From Fibrobacterota bacterium (GTDB lineage: Bacteria; Fibrobacterota; Fibrobacteria; UBA5070), in NCBI GenBank assembly GCA_029557215.1, contig JAKPQQ010000222.1:18481-82480 (forward strand): a stretch of 64,000 nt of DNA, written 5' to 3'. The notes under the pieces are model-generated. The model was given only the letters and a program-made list of their open reading frames with translations, did no database searches and was not told where the DNA came from. Positions 14,588 through 23,036 of this stretch are shown here, one piece after another. The translations under genes were made by a program, and so were the position numbers. The stretch's first letter is position 1; every line of letters begins with the position of its first letter.

Positions 14588-14815
14588 ATGAAGAAGCTCG
14601 CCCTCCTCGCCGCCCTCGCCTTCGCCGCCGCTTCCTTCGCGCAGGAAGCCCCTGCCGCCGCGCCCGCCGCCACCGAAGCTCCCGCCGTGGCAGCTCCCGC
14701 GGCCGAGGCCCCCGCCGCGGAAGCTCCTGCCGCCGAGAAGAAGGTCGAGAAGAAGGCCAAGAAGGCGAAGAAGACCAAGAAGGCCAAGGTCGACAGCGCC
14801 GCCGTCGCCAACTAA
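14588..14815 (+). CDS. Small secreted Ala/Pro/Glu/Lys-rich low-complexity protein
   Basis: 75 aa; signal peptide MKKLALLAALAFAAASFAQE; APAAEAPAAE repeats then a KKAKKAKKTKKAK tail; SD aagga upstream. Confidence 0.5.
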   Translation: MKKLALLAALAFAAASFAQEAPAAAPAATEAPAVAAPAAEAPAAEAPAAEKKVEKKAKKAKKTKKAKVDSAAVAN

Positions 14816-14980
14816 GCCCAGCTGCGCGCTCCTGCGCGCAGGCAGGCATCGGGACGATTCCATCCTTGGAATCGTCCCTTTTCGTATCCATCACCCAAAG
14901 GACAAGGATGACCGGAGGAGCCGGAATTCGACCGTTAGCTTCGAGTCGGTTCCCGGCGACCTTCCGCGGCGGCCGGAGAC

Positions 14981-16651
14981 CTACCTCGCCTCGACCGCCA
15001 GGTCCGTGCGGGTCCGCATCGTCCGGGTGAGCCCCAAGGAAGCCTTGTTCCTCCATGGCTTCCAGTCGGGCGTGTGGACGGCCAGCGACATGCCGTCGGG
15101 ACCGGGCCAGGTCTGGTTGCGCTTCAACCCGAGGTCCGAGCAGGTGACCACCAGATCGCCGACCAGGCCTCTGTTTTCCATCCGCGCCTGGCATTTGGGT
15201 GCGTAGTAGGCCTCGGCAACCGCGTTGGCCGCAGGCAGATCGAGCGTCCAGCGCAGCCTCACCCAATCGACCGTCCCGCCGGTCCGGTTCACGATGGCGA
15301 TGCGGGGCTTGAGGGAACCGTTGTCTTCCGGAGCCTCGTCGCGCACCAGGATCTCGACCCCCGCGCCACCGGCCGGAACCACCACCGATTCGACAGGATC
15401 CGGCATCGTGGTCCGCTGGCCAGCCTTGCTCCCATCCCCCGGATCGGACACGCGAACGGAGGCGGCCGCCTGCTCGGGGGAAGACGGCTGGGGCGGCACG
15501 CCATGATCGGGATCGCGCCCCTTCGCGGAAATCGTTTCCGCCCTGCGACGGATTTCGGCTTCGCGGGATGCCAGCGGGGCCTCGATCGCCGACGCCTCGG
15601 GAACGGGAACCTCGCGCAGCTTGTCCCAGGCCATGGCGCCCAACTGGAACGCCGCGATCAATGCCGCCCCCGAAACGGAAAGCGGCACCAGCCTCGGATG
15701 GCGCTCCAGGAACCCCGGACCGCGCCGCGCGGGCGCCTTCGGCAGGGTCGGCCGCGGCGCCTGCGGGATCGGCTGGGCCTCGCGGACCTTGTCGGGAAGG
15801 ATCGCCGCGACGACCTCCAGCGGATCGGCCGCCCCCGAACGGACCAGGAACTGTCGCAGGACGCGCGCGACCTCGTGGGCGCGGGGCCGGCTGGACGGAT
15901 CGCGCGCGTGCATGGACGCCACCAAGGCGTCCAGATCGGGCGAGATTCCGGGAAGCACCGCCTCCAACCGCGGAGCGTCCTCCTGCACGATGCGCCACAT
16001 CACCGCATGGGCGTGTTCCGCCTCGAACGGATGGCGCCCCGACAGGCACCGGAACAGGACGCCGCCCAGGGCGAACAGGTCGATCGCCCCCGACGGGTTC
16101 TTGCCTTCCACCTGCTCCGGAGCCATGAACAACGGCGACCCGAAGACGGATCCCGTCATCGTCCTCGAGACCTCCTCCAGGATGCGGGAGATCCCGAAAT
16201 CGGCGATCTTCACCGTGCCGTCGCGGCGGATCAGCAGGTTGTCGGGTTTGACGTCCCTGTGGATGATCCCCGCTTCGTGCGCGGCGCGCAGGCCTTCGGC
16301 GGCCTGGCAGACGATCGCCGAGGCCGAGGCTTCGTCCAACCGCCCCCCTTTGGCGGCCAGCAGATCGGACAACGAAATGCCTTCCACGAATTCCATGACC
16401 AGGTAGTCTTCGGCGGCCTCGCGCCCGAAATCGTAGACCTGCACCACGTGGGGGTTGCCCAGGCGCGCGATGGCCGTGGCCTCGTCGTGGAACCGGCGCA
16501 CCCAGTCGGGCTGGGTGCCCAGATCGCCGCGCAGCACCTTGACCGCCACCGCGCGACGGAGAACGGGGTCTTCGGCCAGATACACGGCGGCCATGCCGCC
16601 TTGTCCCAACGGCTTGAGAATCCTGTACCTTCCGTAGCGCTCCTGCGGCAT
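14981..16651 (-). CDS. Hanks-type Ser/Thr protein kinase with C-terminal TM segment and extracytoplasmic domain
   Basis: GxGxxG (LGQGGMAAV), VAVK, HRDVKPDNLL, DFG, APE motifs. Confidence 0.85.
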   Translation of the reverse strand: MPQERYGRYRILKPLGQGGMAAVYLAEDPVLRRAVAVKVLRGDLGTQPDWVRRFHDEATAIARLGNPHVVQVYDFGREAAEDYLVMEFVEGISLSDLLAAKGGRLDEASASAIVCQAAEGLRAAHEAGIIHRDVKPDNLLIRRDGTVKIADFGISRILEEVSRTMTGSVFGSPLFMAPEQVEGKNPSGAIDLFALGGVLFRCLSGRHPFEAEHAHAVMWRIVQEDAPRLEAVLPGISPDLDALVASMHARDPSSRPRAHEVARVLRQFLVRSGAADPLEVVAAILPDKVREAQPIPQAPRPTLPKAPARRGPGFLERHPRLVPLSVSGAALIAAFQLGAMAWDKLREVPVPEASAIEAPLASREAEIRRRAETISAKGRDPDHGVPPQPSSPEQAAASVRVSDPGDGSKAGQRTTMPDPVESVVVPAGGAGVEILVRDEAPEDNGSLKPRIAIVNRTGGTVDWVRLRWTLDLPAANAVAEAYYAPKCQARMENRGLVGDLVVTCSDLGLKRNQTWPGPDGMSLAVHTPDWKPWRNKASLGLTRTMRTRTDLAVEAR

Positions 16652-16662
16652 ATCCGGAAAAC

Positions 16663-17055
16663 CTACTGCTTGTCCACTTGCGCGACGGCTTCGATTTCCA
16701 CCTTCACGCCCTTGGGGAGCGCCGAAACCTGGACCGTGCTGCGCGCCGGAGCCGGGCCGTCGACCCCGAAGACCTTGCCGTAGACCTCGTTGACCGCGGC
16801 GAAATCGGCGAGATCCGTCAGGAAGATGGTGGTTTTCACCACCCGTGCAGGTGCGGAACCGGCAGCTGCCAGCACGGCTCGCATGTTGGACAGGACCTGT
16901 TCGGCCTGCTCGGCGGCGGTGGCGCCCACGACCTCGCCGGTGGACGGCGAAAGCGGAATCTGTCCGGACAGGAAGACGAATCCACCGGCGGAAACCGCTT
17001 GGGAATACGGACCGATGGGAGCTGGCGCGTCGGGTGTGCGGATGGCGGCGAACAT
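16663..17055 (-). CDS. ridA: RidA/YjgF-family reactive-intermediate deaminase
   Basis: 130 aa from ATG M25 (SD ggaggt); PIGPYSQA..GFVFLSGQIP..RSTVQV motifs typical of the YjgF/RidA family. Confidence 0.85.
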   Translation of the reverse strand: MFAAIRTPDAPAPIGPYSQAVSAGGFVFLSGQIPLSPSTGEVVGATAAEQAEQVLSNMRAVLAAAGSAPARVVKTTIFLTDLADFAAVNEVYGKVFGVDGPAPARSTVQVSALPKGVKVEIEAVAQVDKQ

Positions 17056-17108
17056 TTTCGGACCTCCAGGTCTTGCATTGGTGGTTTTTGGAGTATCATT
17101 TTGGCCAT

Positions 17109-18506
17109 ATGGAACTCCGACGCACAAAGATGCTTGCTACCATCGGACCCGCGAGCGACTCTCCGGAGATGCTCCGCCAGCTCTTCCAGACCGGCGTGAC
17201 CGCTTGCCGTCTCAATTTCAGCCACGGAACGCACAGCGATCACGCCACGCGGATCGCCAAGATCCGTCAGGTCGCCGACGAGATGGGCATCGCGGTGCCC
17301 CTGGTCATGGACCTGTGCGGCCCCAAGGTGCGCACCGACACCAAGTCCTACGACCTCAAGGTCGGCGAGACCTGGAGCTTGGTCCCCACCGAAGGCGATC
17401 CCGCCCTGTTCAAGATCGGCATCAGCCACCCCACGCTCTACCAGCTCGTTCCCGCCGGCCAGGCCATCGTGCTCGACGACGGCCACCTGGAGCTCAAGGT
17501 GGAACGGGTCGAAGGGACGGAAATCGTCTGCTCCGTGGTCACTCCCGGACACCTCAAGCCGCGCAAGTCGGTGAACACCCCCGAGTGCGACAACGGCCTC
17601 GACGTGCTTTCGGAAAAGGACCAGCGCGACCTGATCTTCGGGCGCGACCAGGGCCTGGACTGGGTGGCGGTCTCGTTCGTGCGCAACGGCGCCGACATCA
17701 AGCGCGTGCGCGACTACCTGGCCGAAATCGGCTGGCCCGACCCCCCGATCATCGCCAAGGTGGAGACCCCTCTCGCGGTCGCGTCCCTGGAAGAGATCGT
17801 CCGCATGTCCGACGGCATCATGGTGGCGCGCGGCGACCTGGGCATCGAATGCCCCATCGAAACCGTGCCCATCCTGCAAAAGCGCGCCGTGCGCCTGGCC
17901 CACCGCTACGCCAAGCTCTGCGTGGTCGCCACCCAGATGCTCGACTCGATGGAGCGCAACCCGCGCCCCACGCGCGCCGAAGCGTCGGACGTCGCCAACG
18001 CCGTGTTCGAAGGCGCCCAGGTGGTCATGCTCTCCGGCGAGACCGCCGGCGGCCAGTACCCTCTCCAATCCGTCCAGACCATGGACCGCATCCTGCGCGG
18101 CGCCGAGGCCGTGACCGACACCCCGCCCACGATCCCCGAAATCTCCAACCAGACCTTGGAGATCGTCGCGGGTTCCGTTCGGCTGTCGGAACACACCAAG
18201 GCCCCCTGCATCGCGATCTTCTGCCACACCATGGAGATCGCCCGCCAGATCGCGGCGTTCCATTGCGGCGCCCATGTGATCGCGGCCTGCTTCGACGAAC
18301 AGATCTACCGCCAGGTGGCCTTGTTCTACGGCATCATTCCGGTCCGCCTGCCACGCACCAATTCCATCGACGAAGCCATCACCCGCGTCCTGGACGAAAT
18401 CCAGTCGCGCGACCTGGCGTCGGCGGGGAACCGCATCGTGTTCGTCTACAGCCAGCCCTTCGGAACCCGGCTCCACAACACGATCCGTCTGGTCCAGATG
18501 CCCTGA
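17109..18506 (+). CDS. pyk: Pyruvate kinase
   Basis: 465 aa; RRTKMLATIGPAS, NFSHG, MVARGDLGIE, MLSGETAGG motifs. Confidence 0.92.
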   Translation: MELRRTKMLATIGPASDSPEMLRQLFQTGVTACRLNFSHGTHSDHATRIAKIRQVADEMGIAVPLVMDLCGPKVRTDTKSYDLKVGETWSLVPTEGDPALFKIGISHPTLYQLVPAGQAIVLDDGHLELKVERVEGTEIVCSVVTPGHLKPRKSVNTPECDNGLDVLSEKDQRDLIFGRDQGLDWVAVSFVRNGADIKRVRDYLAEIGWPDPPIIAKVETPLAVASLEEIVRMSDGIMVARGDLGIECPIETVPILQKRAVRLAHRYAKLCVVATQMLDSMERNPRPTRAEASDVANAVFEGAQVVMLSGETAGGQYPLQSVQTMDRILRGAEAVTDTPPTIPEISNQTLEIVAGSVRLSEHTKAPCIAIFCHTMEIARQIAAFHCGAHVIAACFDEQIYRQVALFYGIIPVRLPRTNSIDEAITRVLDEIQSRDLASAGNRIVFVYSQPFGTRLHNTIRLVQMP

Positions 18507-18538
18507 TTCCGGCCTTTCCGGAATTCGCGTCCTTGAAA

Positions 18539-18570
18539 GCCGTCCCGAACGGGGCGGCTTTCTTTTTTCG
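18539..18570 (+). terminator. Rho-independent terminator after pyk
   Basis: gccgtcccg/cggggcggc stem then tttctttttt. Confidence 0.6.
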
Positions 18571-18703
18571 TCCATACCCACCCACCCCCACCGCGACGCG
18601 AACCTCGCCGAATTCAACGACGCGAACGCTTCTTTCCACGCGAAATGAAAAAGCTGGCTCCGGGATCTTCTTTTCCCGAAGTCGGGAACCTATACTCCTT
18701 CGA

Positions 18704-19753
18704 ATGCTTCTCTCGCTCGCTCTCTCGTTGGGACTGGCAATCTCTCTCGGTGCTTCGCCAAAAACAACTCGCAAGAAGGCGCGCCCCGCTCCGGCGGTAC
18801 AACCCGCCCCTCTCGCGGTGCAAGCCCCCTCCGAACCCGACTCCCTGTTCGGGACGGTGAAGGTCGGGCCTTCCCAAACCGCGAGCTGGCTTGGGTTCCG
18901 GCACCTGGGAACATGGACTCCCGAAGTCGCATCCAGGATCCTGGCCGACAACCCCCAGATCTCCGATCTCGACCAGCTCCAACCCGGCCAGGTCCTGCGC
19001 CTGCGGAAATCCCTCGACCAACGCGGGCTCGCTCCCGCCCAGCAGGTTTCGCAGGCCATCCGCAAAGCGGTCGTCACCCTGGTCAAGGGTTCGGCCGAAC
19101 TGGTGCGCGCCGACGCACCGCCAACGCCGCTTCGCGCGAATTCGTTCCTGGTCGCCGGCGACCGGATCTCCACGGGCACCGGTGCGATCGTCGAACTGAT
19201 CATCGACAACCAAAGCGTCCTGCGCCTGCGCGACAAGACCATCCTCCAACTGGTCGCCATCCAGGATTCCAGCAACGACCAGAAGGCCAGGACGAGCGTC
19301 TTCCTCGAGGCCGGCCGCGTCTGGTCCAAGGTCCGCAAGTGGGCGGGACCCATGGTGGGATTCCAGGTCAAGATGCCCAACGCGATCGCCGGAGTGCACG
19401 GCACCACCTTCGAATGCTTCGTGAACGAGGACTCGTCGGGAGTCGTGCATGTGCAGGAAGGACTGGTGGCCGTTTCGGGACGCGCCAACAAGGCTCTCGA
19501 GGTCGCGGTCGGTCCCGGCAAGAGCGTCCAGATCAATCGCGCCGGCGAAGTGTCTTCGCCCGAGATCCTTCCGGGAAAGCCCTCGATCGAGGATCGGATC
19601 GAAGAACAGCGGGAACAATCGCTCTTCGAACAGAATTCCGCCCGCCTCGGAGACGTCAAGGCCATGCGCGACCCGGTGGCCCAGACAAGATCCGACCGGA
19701 TCGCGACCTCGCCGGGATCGCCCATTACGCAGCCAGACTTGACTCCCAAGTGA
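18704..19753 (+). CDS. Secreted LysM + FecR-domain protein
   Basis: 349 aa; signal peptide MLLSLALSLGLAISLGA; LysM-like TWTPEVASRILADNPQISDLDQLQPGQVLRL; FecR-like FLVAGDRISTGTGAIVELIIDNQSVLRL. Lies in the tail of the long artefactual ORF 16790..19753. Confidence 0.6.
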   Translation: MLLSLALSLGLAISLGASPKTTRKKARPAPAVQPAPLAVQAPSEPDSLFGTVKVGPSQTASWLGFRHLGTWTPEVASRILADNPQISDLDQLQPGQVLRLRKSLDQRGLAPAQQVSQAIRKAVVTLVKGSAELVRADAPPTPLRANSFLVAGDRISTGTGAIVELIIDNQSVLRLRDKTILQLVAIQDSSNDQKARTSVFLEAGRVWSKVRKWAGPMVGFQVKMPNAIAGVHGTTFECFVNEDSSGVVHVQEGLVAVSGRANKALEVAVGPGKSVQINRAGEVSSPEILPGKPSIEDRIEEQREQSLFEQNSARLGDVKAMRDPVAQTRSDRIATSPGSPITQPDLTPK

Positions 19754-19918
19754 TTTCCGTGGCGGACCGCCCCAGCTCGCAAGGGAATTGGGCTGGTTCA
19801 CCCGCTTGGAACCGCGATGAATTCGGATCCGGCTCTTCGAATTGATTTGGCACGCGCCTCGCTCCTAGGTATCGTCGTCGGGAAGCTTCCCGAATCACCG
19901 AAACACCAGGAGTTCAAA

Positions 19919-20488
19919 ATGAAGAAGATCCTCGTCGCTGCCGCTCTTCTCGCTGGCATGTCCTTCGCCCAGGACGCCGAAGTTCGGCCCGTTCGCACCA
20001 TCGCTCCGATCCTCATGGAGAAGGGCGACAGCCTTCGCAAGCTCGACTCGGCCCTCATGGCCCAGAAACGCGCCGAGTTCCATGCCACCATGGAAGAACA
20101 GCGCGCCAAGGATTCGGCCATGTTCGCCAATCGCCTGCCCGACAGTCTGAGGAGCCGGATCGAAGCCCGCGTTCGCGACTTCAAGTCGCACAAGGCCTCC
20201 TTCGATTCCGCCAAGGACGTCGACTCCGCCAGGATCGCTGGGTTCAAGCTCAAGGCCGACTCCCTCCGCAAGAGCTGGGAAGCCAAGCGCGACAGTCAGG
20301 TCGCCAACATCAGGGACACCGCCGTCCAGGCCAAGGTCAGGGCGCGCATCGCCGAGATCTCCGCCCAGCGCGAAGCCATCAAGGCCAAGATCGAAGCCCG
20401 CAAGGCGACTCTGGAAGCCAAGCGCGCCGAACTGAAGGCCAAGATCGAAGCGGCCAAGGCCGAAGAAGCGACCACCACCACTCCCTGA
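19919..20488 (+). CDS. Secreted coiled-coil protein (Lys/Ala/Glu repeats)
   Basis: 189 aa; SD aggag; signal peptide MKKILVAAALLAGMSFAQDA; repeats KAKIEARKATLEAKRAELKAKIEAAKAEE. Confidence 0.55.
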   Translation: MKKILVAAALLAGMSFAQDAEVRPVRTIAPILMEKGDSLRKLDSALMAQKRAEFHATMEEQRAKDSAMFANRLPDSLRSRIEARVRDFKSHKASFDSAKDVDSARIAGFKLKADSLRKSWEAKRDSQVANIRDTAVQAKVRARIAEISAQREAIKAKIEARKATLEAKRAELKAKIEAAKAEEATTTTP

Positions 20489-20519
20489 TCTTCGCGATCG
20501 GGAAGCTTCGAACGACCGG

Positions 20520-20559
20520 GACCGGGTTGGCGCAATCGCCAGTCCGGTCTTTTTGCGTT
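20520..20559 (+). terminator. Rho-independent terminator after the coiled-coil gene
   Basis: gaccgggttggcg-caat-cgccagtccggtc hairpin then tttttgcgtt. Confidence 0.55.
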
Positions 20560-20566
20560 CGGAAAG

Positions 20567-20578
20567 CCCCCCCCCCCC
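20567..20578. repeat. Homopolymeric C12 tract in the intergenic region upstream of flgF
   Basis: 12 consecutive C read directly from sequence. Confidence 0.7.
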
Positions 20579-20712
20579 GACAGAGCGCCCCGAGCGTACC
20601 CTAGGCAACCCATGCCCCCGGGGAATGGGCAAAGCCCGCCACTCGACTCGAGTCGCGTTCATAGGATGAGGGCCGATCGGGGTTGGCACGGCCATCGCAA
20701 ACGTATCCAGCC

Positions 20713-21462
20713 ATGGTCAACGGACTTTTCACTTCGGGCGCGGGAATGATGCTGACGATGCGCAAGCAGGAAATCACATCCAACAACCTCGCCAACGCCC
20801 AGACGACCGGGTTCAAGATTTCCCGGTTGGTCACCCATGCCACCGTCGAATCGCGCCGGGACGTGGACCAGTACATGCGCCAGCGCGAGACCCAGCGCCA
20901 GGACGAAGTCCGCGTGGATTGGTCGCCCGGGCCGCTGGTCCAGACCGGAAATCCGTTGGACGTGGCCATGCGCGGCGATGGGTTCTTCGCGATCTCCACT
21001 CCGTCGGGCGAGCGCTACCTGCGGTCGGCGAGCCTGAAGGTGAACGGCCAGAACGAACTCGTCGACGGCACGGGATCCAGCATCCTGGACCAATCCGGAA
21101 ATTCCATCCGGGTTCCGGGCCTCAAGACCGCGATCACGGCCGACGGCCGCGTGGTTTCCGACGGCGTGGAGGTGGCCACCCTGCGGATGGTGGACTTCCC
21201 GCAACCCTACACCCTCCGGGAGGAAGGCGCGGGTCGATGGGCCCCCTACGCGCAGAATCCGGCGGACGCGGCGCCGATGCCGATTCCCGTCGGCGAGAAC
21301 GCGCGGGTGGAACAAGGCTACCTGGAAGGCCCCAACGTGAACACCGTGGCCGAGATGGTCCGGATGATCGCCCAGTTCCGCAACTACGAAGCCGACAGCC
21401 GGGTCCTCCAGGCGGTCGACAGCACCATCGACAAGGCCGTCAACACGGTCGGACGGGTCTGA
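20713..21462 (+). CDS. flgF: Flagellar basal-body rod protein FlgF
   Basis: 249 aa; N-terminal MVNGLFTSGAGMMLTMRKQEITSNNLANAQTTGFK rod signature and C-terminal ..GYLEGPNVNTVAEMVRMIAQFRNYEA. Confidence 0.8.
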   Translation: MVNGLFTSGAGMMLTMRKQEITSNNLANAQTTGFKISRLVTHATVESRRDVDQYMRQRETQRQDEVRVDWSPGPLVQTGNPLDVAMRGDGFFAISTPSGERYLRSASLKVNGQNELVDGTGSSILDQSGNSIRVPGLKTAITADGRVVSDGVEVATLRMVDFPQPYTLREEGAGRWAPYAQNPADAAPMPIPVGENARVEQGYLEGPNVNTVAEMVRMIAQFRNYEADSRVLQAVDSTIDKAVNTVGRV

Positions 21463-21474
21463 GGAGAATAAGCC

Positions 21475-22263
21475 ATGCTGAGAAGCCTCTACACGTCCGC
21501 ATCCGGGATGCTCGCCAACCAGCTCACCGTGGACACGATCTCCAACAACCTGGCGAACGTGAACACCAGCGGCTACAAGAAGACCAAGATGGAGTTCCAG
21601 GACCTGCTCTACCAGACCATGGTGGAACCCGGCGGAACCACGTCCGAAGGCGTCCGGCTGCCGGGAAGCCTGCAGGTGGGCCTGGGCGTGAAATCGGCCG
21701 GCAACGCGCGGAGCTTCGCGCAGGGCAACCTCACCCAGACGGGCAACGCCTGGGACGTCGCCATCTCGGGTTCGGGGTTCTTCCAGATGCGCATGCCCGA
21801 CGGATCCATCTCGTACACCCGCGACGGATCGTTCAAGGTGAACGCCGACGGGATCGTGGTGAACGCCGACGGCCACTATCTGGACCCCCAGATCCAGGTG
21901 CCGCCCAATTCCACGAATCCCACGGTGGCCCCCGACGGCCGCGTGACCGTGACGCTCCAGGGCGATTCGGATCCGACGGAAATCGGCCGCATCGAACTGG
22001 CCACCTTCGTGAACCCCGCCGGACTTCGTTCGCTTGGACAGAATCTGTACCAGGAGAGCGAGGCTTCGGGCCGCGCCCTGGTCGGCCCTCCCGGGGACAA
22101 CAGCACCGGCAGCCTGGCCGCCCAGTACCTGGAAGCCTCGAACGTCCAGCTGGTGGAGGAGATGGTGAACCTGATCGTGGCGCAACGCGCCTACGAGATC
22201 AGCTCCAAGGGCGTTTCCACCGCCGACGAGATGCTCCAGACCGCCAACAACCTCCGCAGATGA
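21475..22263 (+). CDS. flgG: Flagellar distal rod protein FlgG
   Basis: 262 aa; MLRSLYTSASGMLANQLTVDTISNNLANVNTSGYK ... YLEASNVQLVEEMVNLIVAQRAYEISSK; SD ggaga. Confidence 0.88.
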   Translation: MLRSLYTSASGMLANQLTVDTISNNLANVNTSGYKKTKMEFQDLLYQTMVEPGGTTSEGVRLPGSLQVGLGVKSAGNARSFAQGNLTQTGNAWDVAISGSGFFQMRMPDGSISYTRDGSFKVNADGIVVNADGHYLDPQIQVPPNSTNPTVAPDGRVTVTLQGDSDPTEIGRIELATFVNPAGLRSLGQNLYQESEASGRALVGPPGDNSTGSLAAQYLEASNVQLVEEMVNLIVAQRAYEISSKGVSTADEMLQTANNLRR

Positions 22264-22937
22264 TCGCGTCGGTCGCGTCGCTCTTCGCCGCGGTCGCGGC
22301 CGCGGCATCGCCCCTCCTCGAGGCGAAGCTCCGCGGCCGCGTCGCGGCGTTGTACGAACGCCTGGAGACTCCGGCGCTGCGCCTGGAAGCCGACACCTCC
22401 CGCGTTCCGGCGACCTTGACGGGACCCGCATGGGCGAGCCGGTGGTCGCTGGAACGCGACGGCGGCACCCGGCCCGGCGGCACCGAGACCGCGACGCTGG
22501 TCTGGAAATCGGAAGACGGCGGCAGGGTCCGGCGCGACTGGATCCAGGTCCGCGTGCGCCGCGACGAACGGGTCCCGGTGGCCAGAGGGCGCCTGCAGCG
22601 CGGCGAACGGCTGGATTCCTCGCGCCTTTCCTGGGAATGGCGCCGGACCGACGGGATGCGGGTGCTGCCGCCCGCGATCGATTCGGTCGACAAATTCCGT
22701 ACACGCACCGGCATCTCGCCCGGACAGGTGGTGTGGAGATCGCAACTCGAGCGCCTCCCCGTCTTCCTGGCCGGCGAACCGGTGAGGATCCTGGCGGGCA
22801 ACCGCGGCGCTTCGGCGTCCGTGGAAGGCACGGCGATCGACGACGGCATTCCCGGATCCACCGTGCGGATCAGGAGCCCCTTCGGCAAGACGCTGGTCGG
22901 CACGACGGAATCCGACGGATCCGTGATCGTCCGTTGA
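22260..22937 (+). CDS. flgA: Flagellar P-ring assembly chaperone FlgA (SAF domain)
   Basis: 225 aa; start ATGA overlaps the flgG stop; C-terminal SAF-like GQVVWRSQLERLPVFLAGEPVRILAGNRGASASVEGTAIDDG..VRIRSPFGKTLVG. Confidence 0.7.
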   Translation: MIASVASLFAAVAAAASPLLEAKLRGRVAALYERLETPALRLEADTSRVPATLTGPAWASRWSLERDGGTRPGGTETATLVWKSEDGGRVRRDWIQVRVRRDERVPVARGRLQRGERLDSSRLSWEWRRTDGMRVLPPAIDSVDKFRTRTGISPGQVVWRSQLERLPVFLAGEPVRILAGNRGASASVEGTAIDDGIPGSTVRIRSPFGKTLVGTTESDGSVIVR

Positions 22938-23036
22938 CGCCGACATCGTTCGCGCCAGCCGAACCGTCGCAGGGGCGATTCAAGAATCGCCCTCATCGGC
23001 AACGCAGGAGGGAGGCGCCCATTCCGTGCTGGCCCC

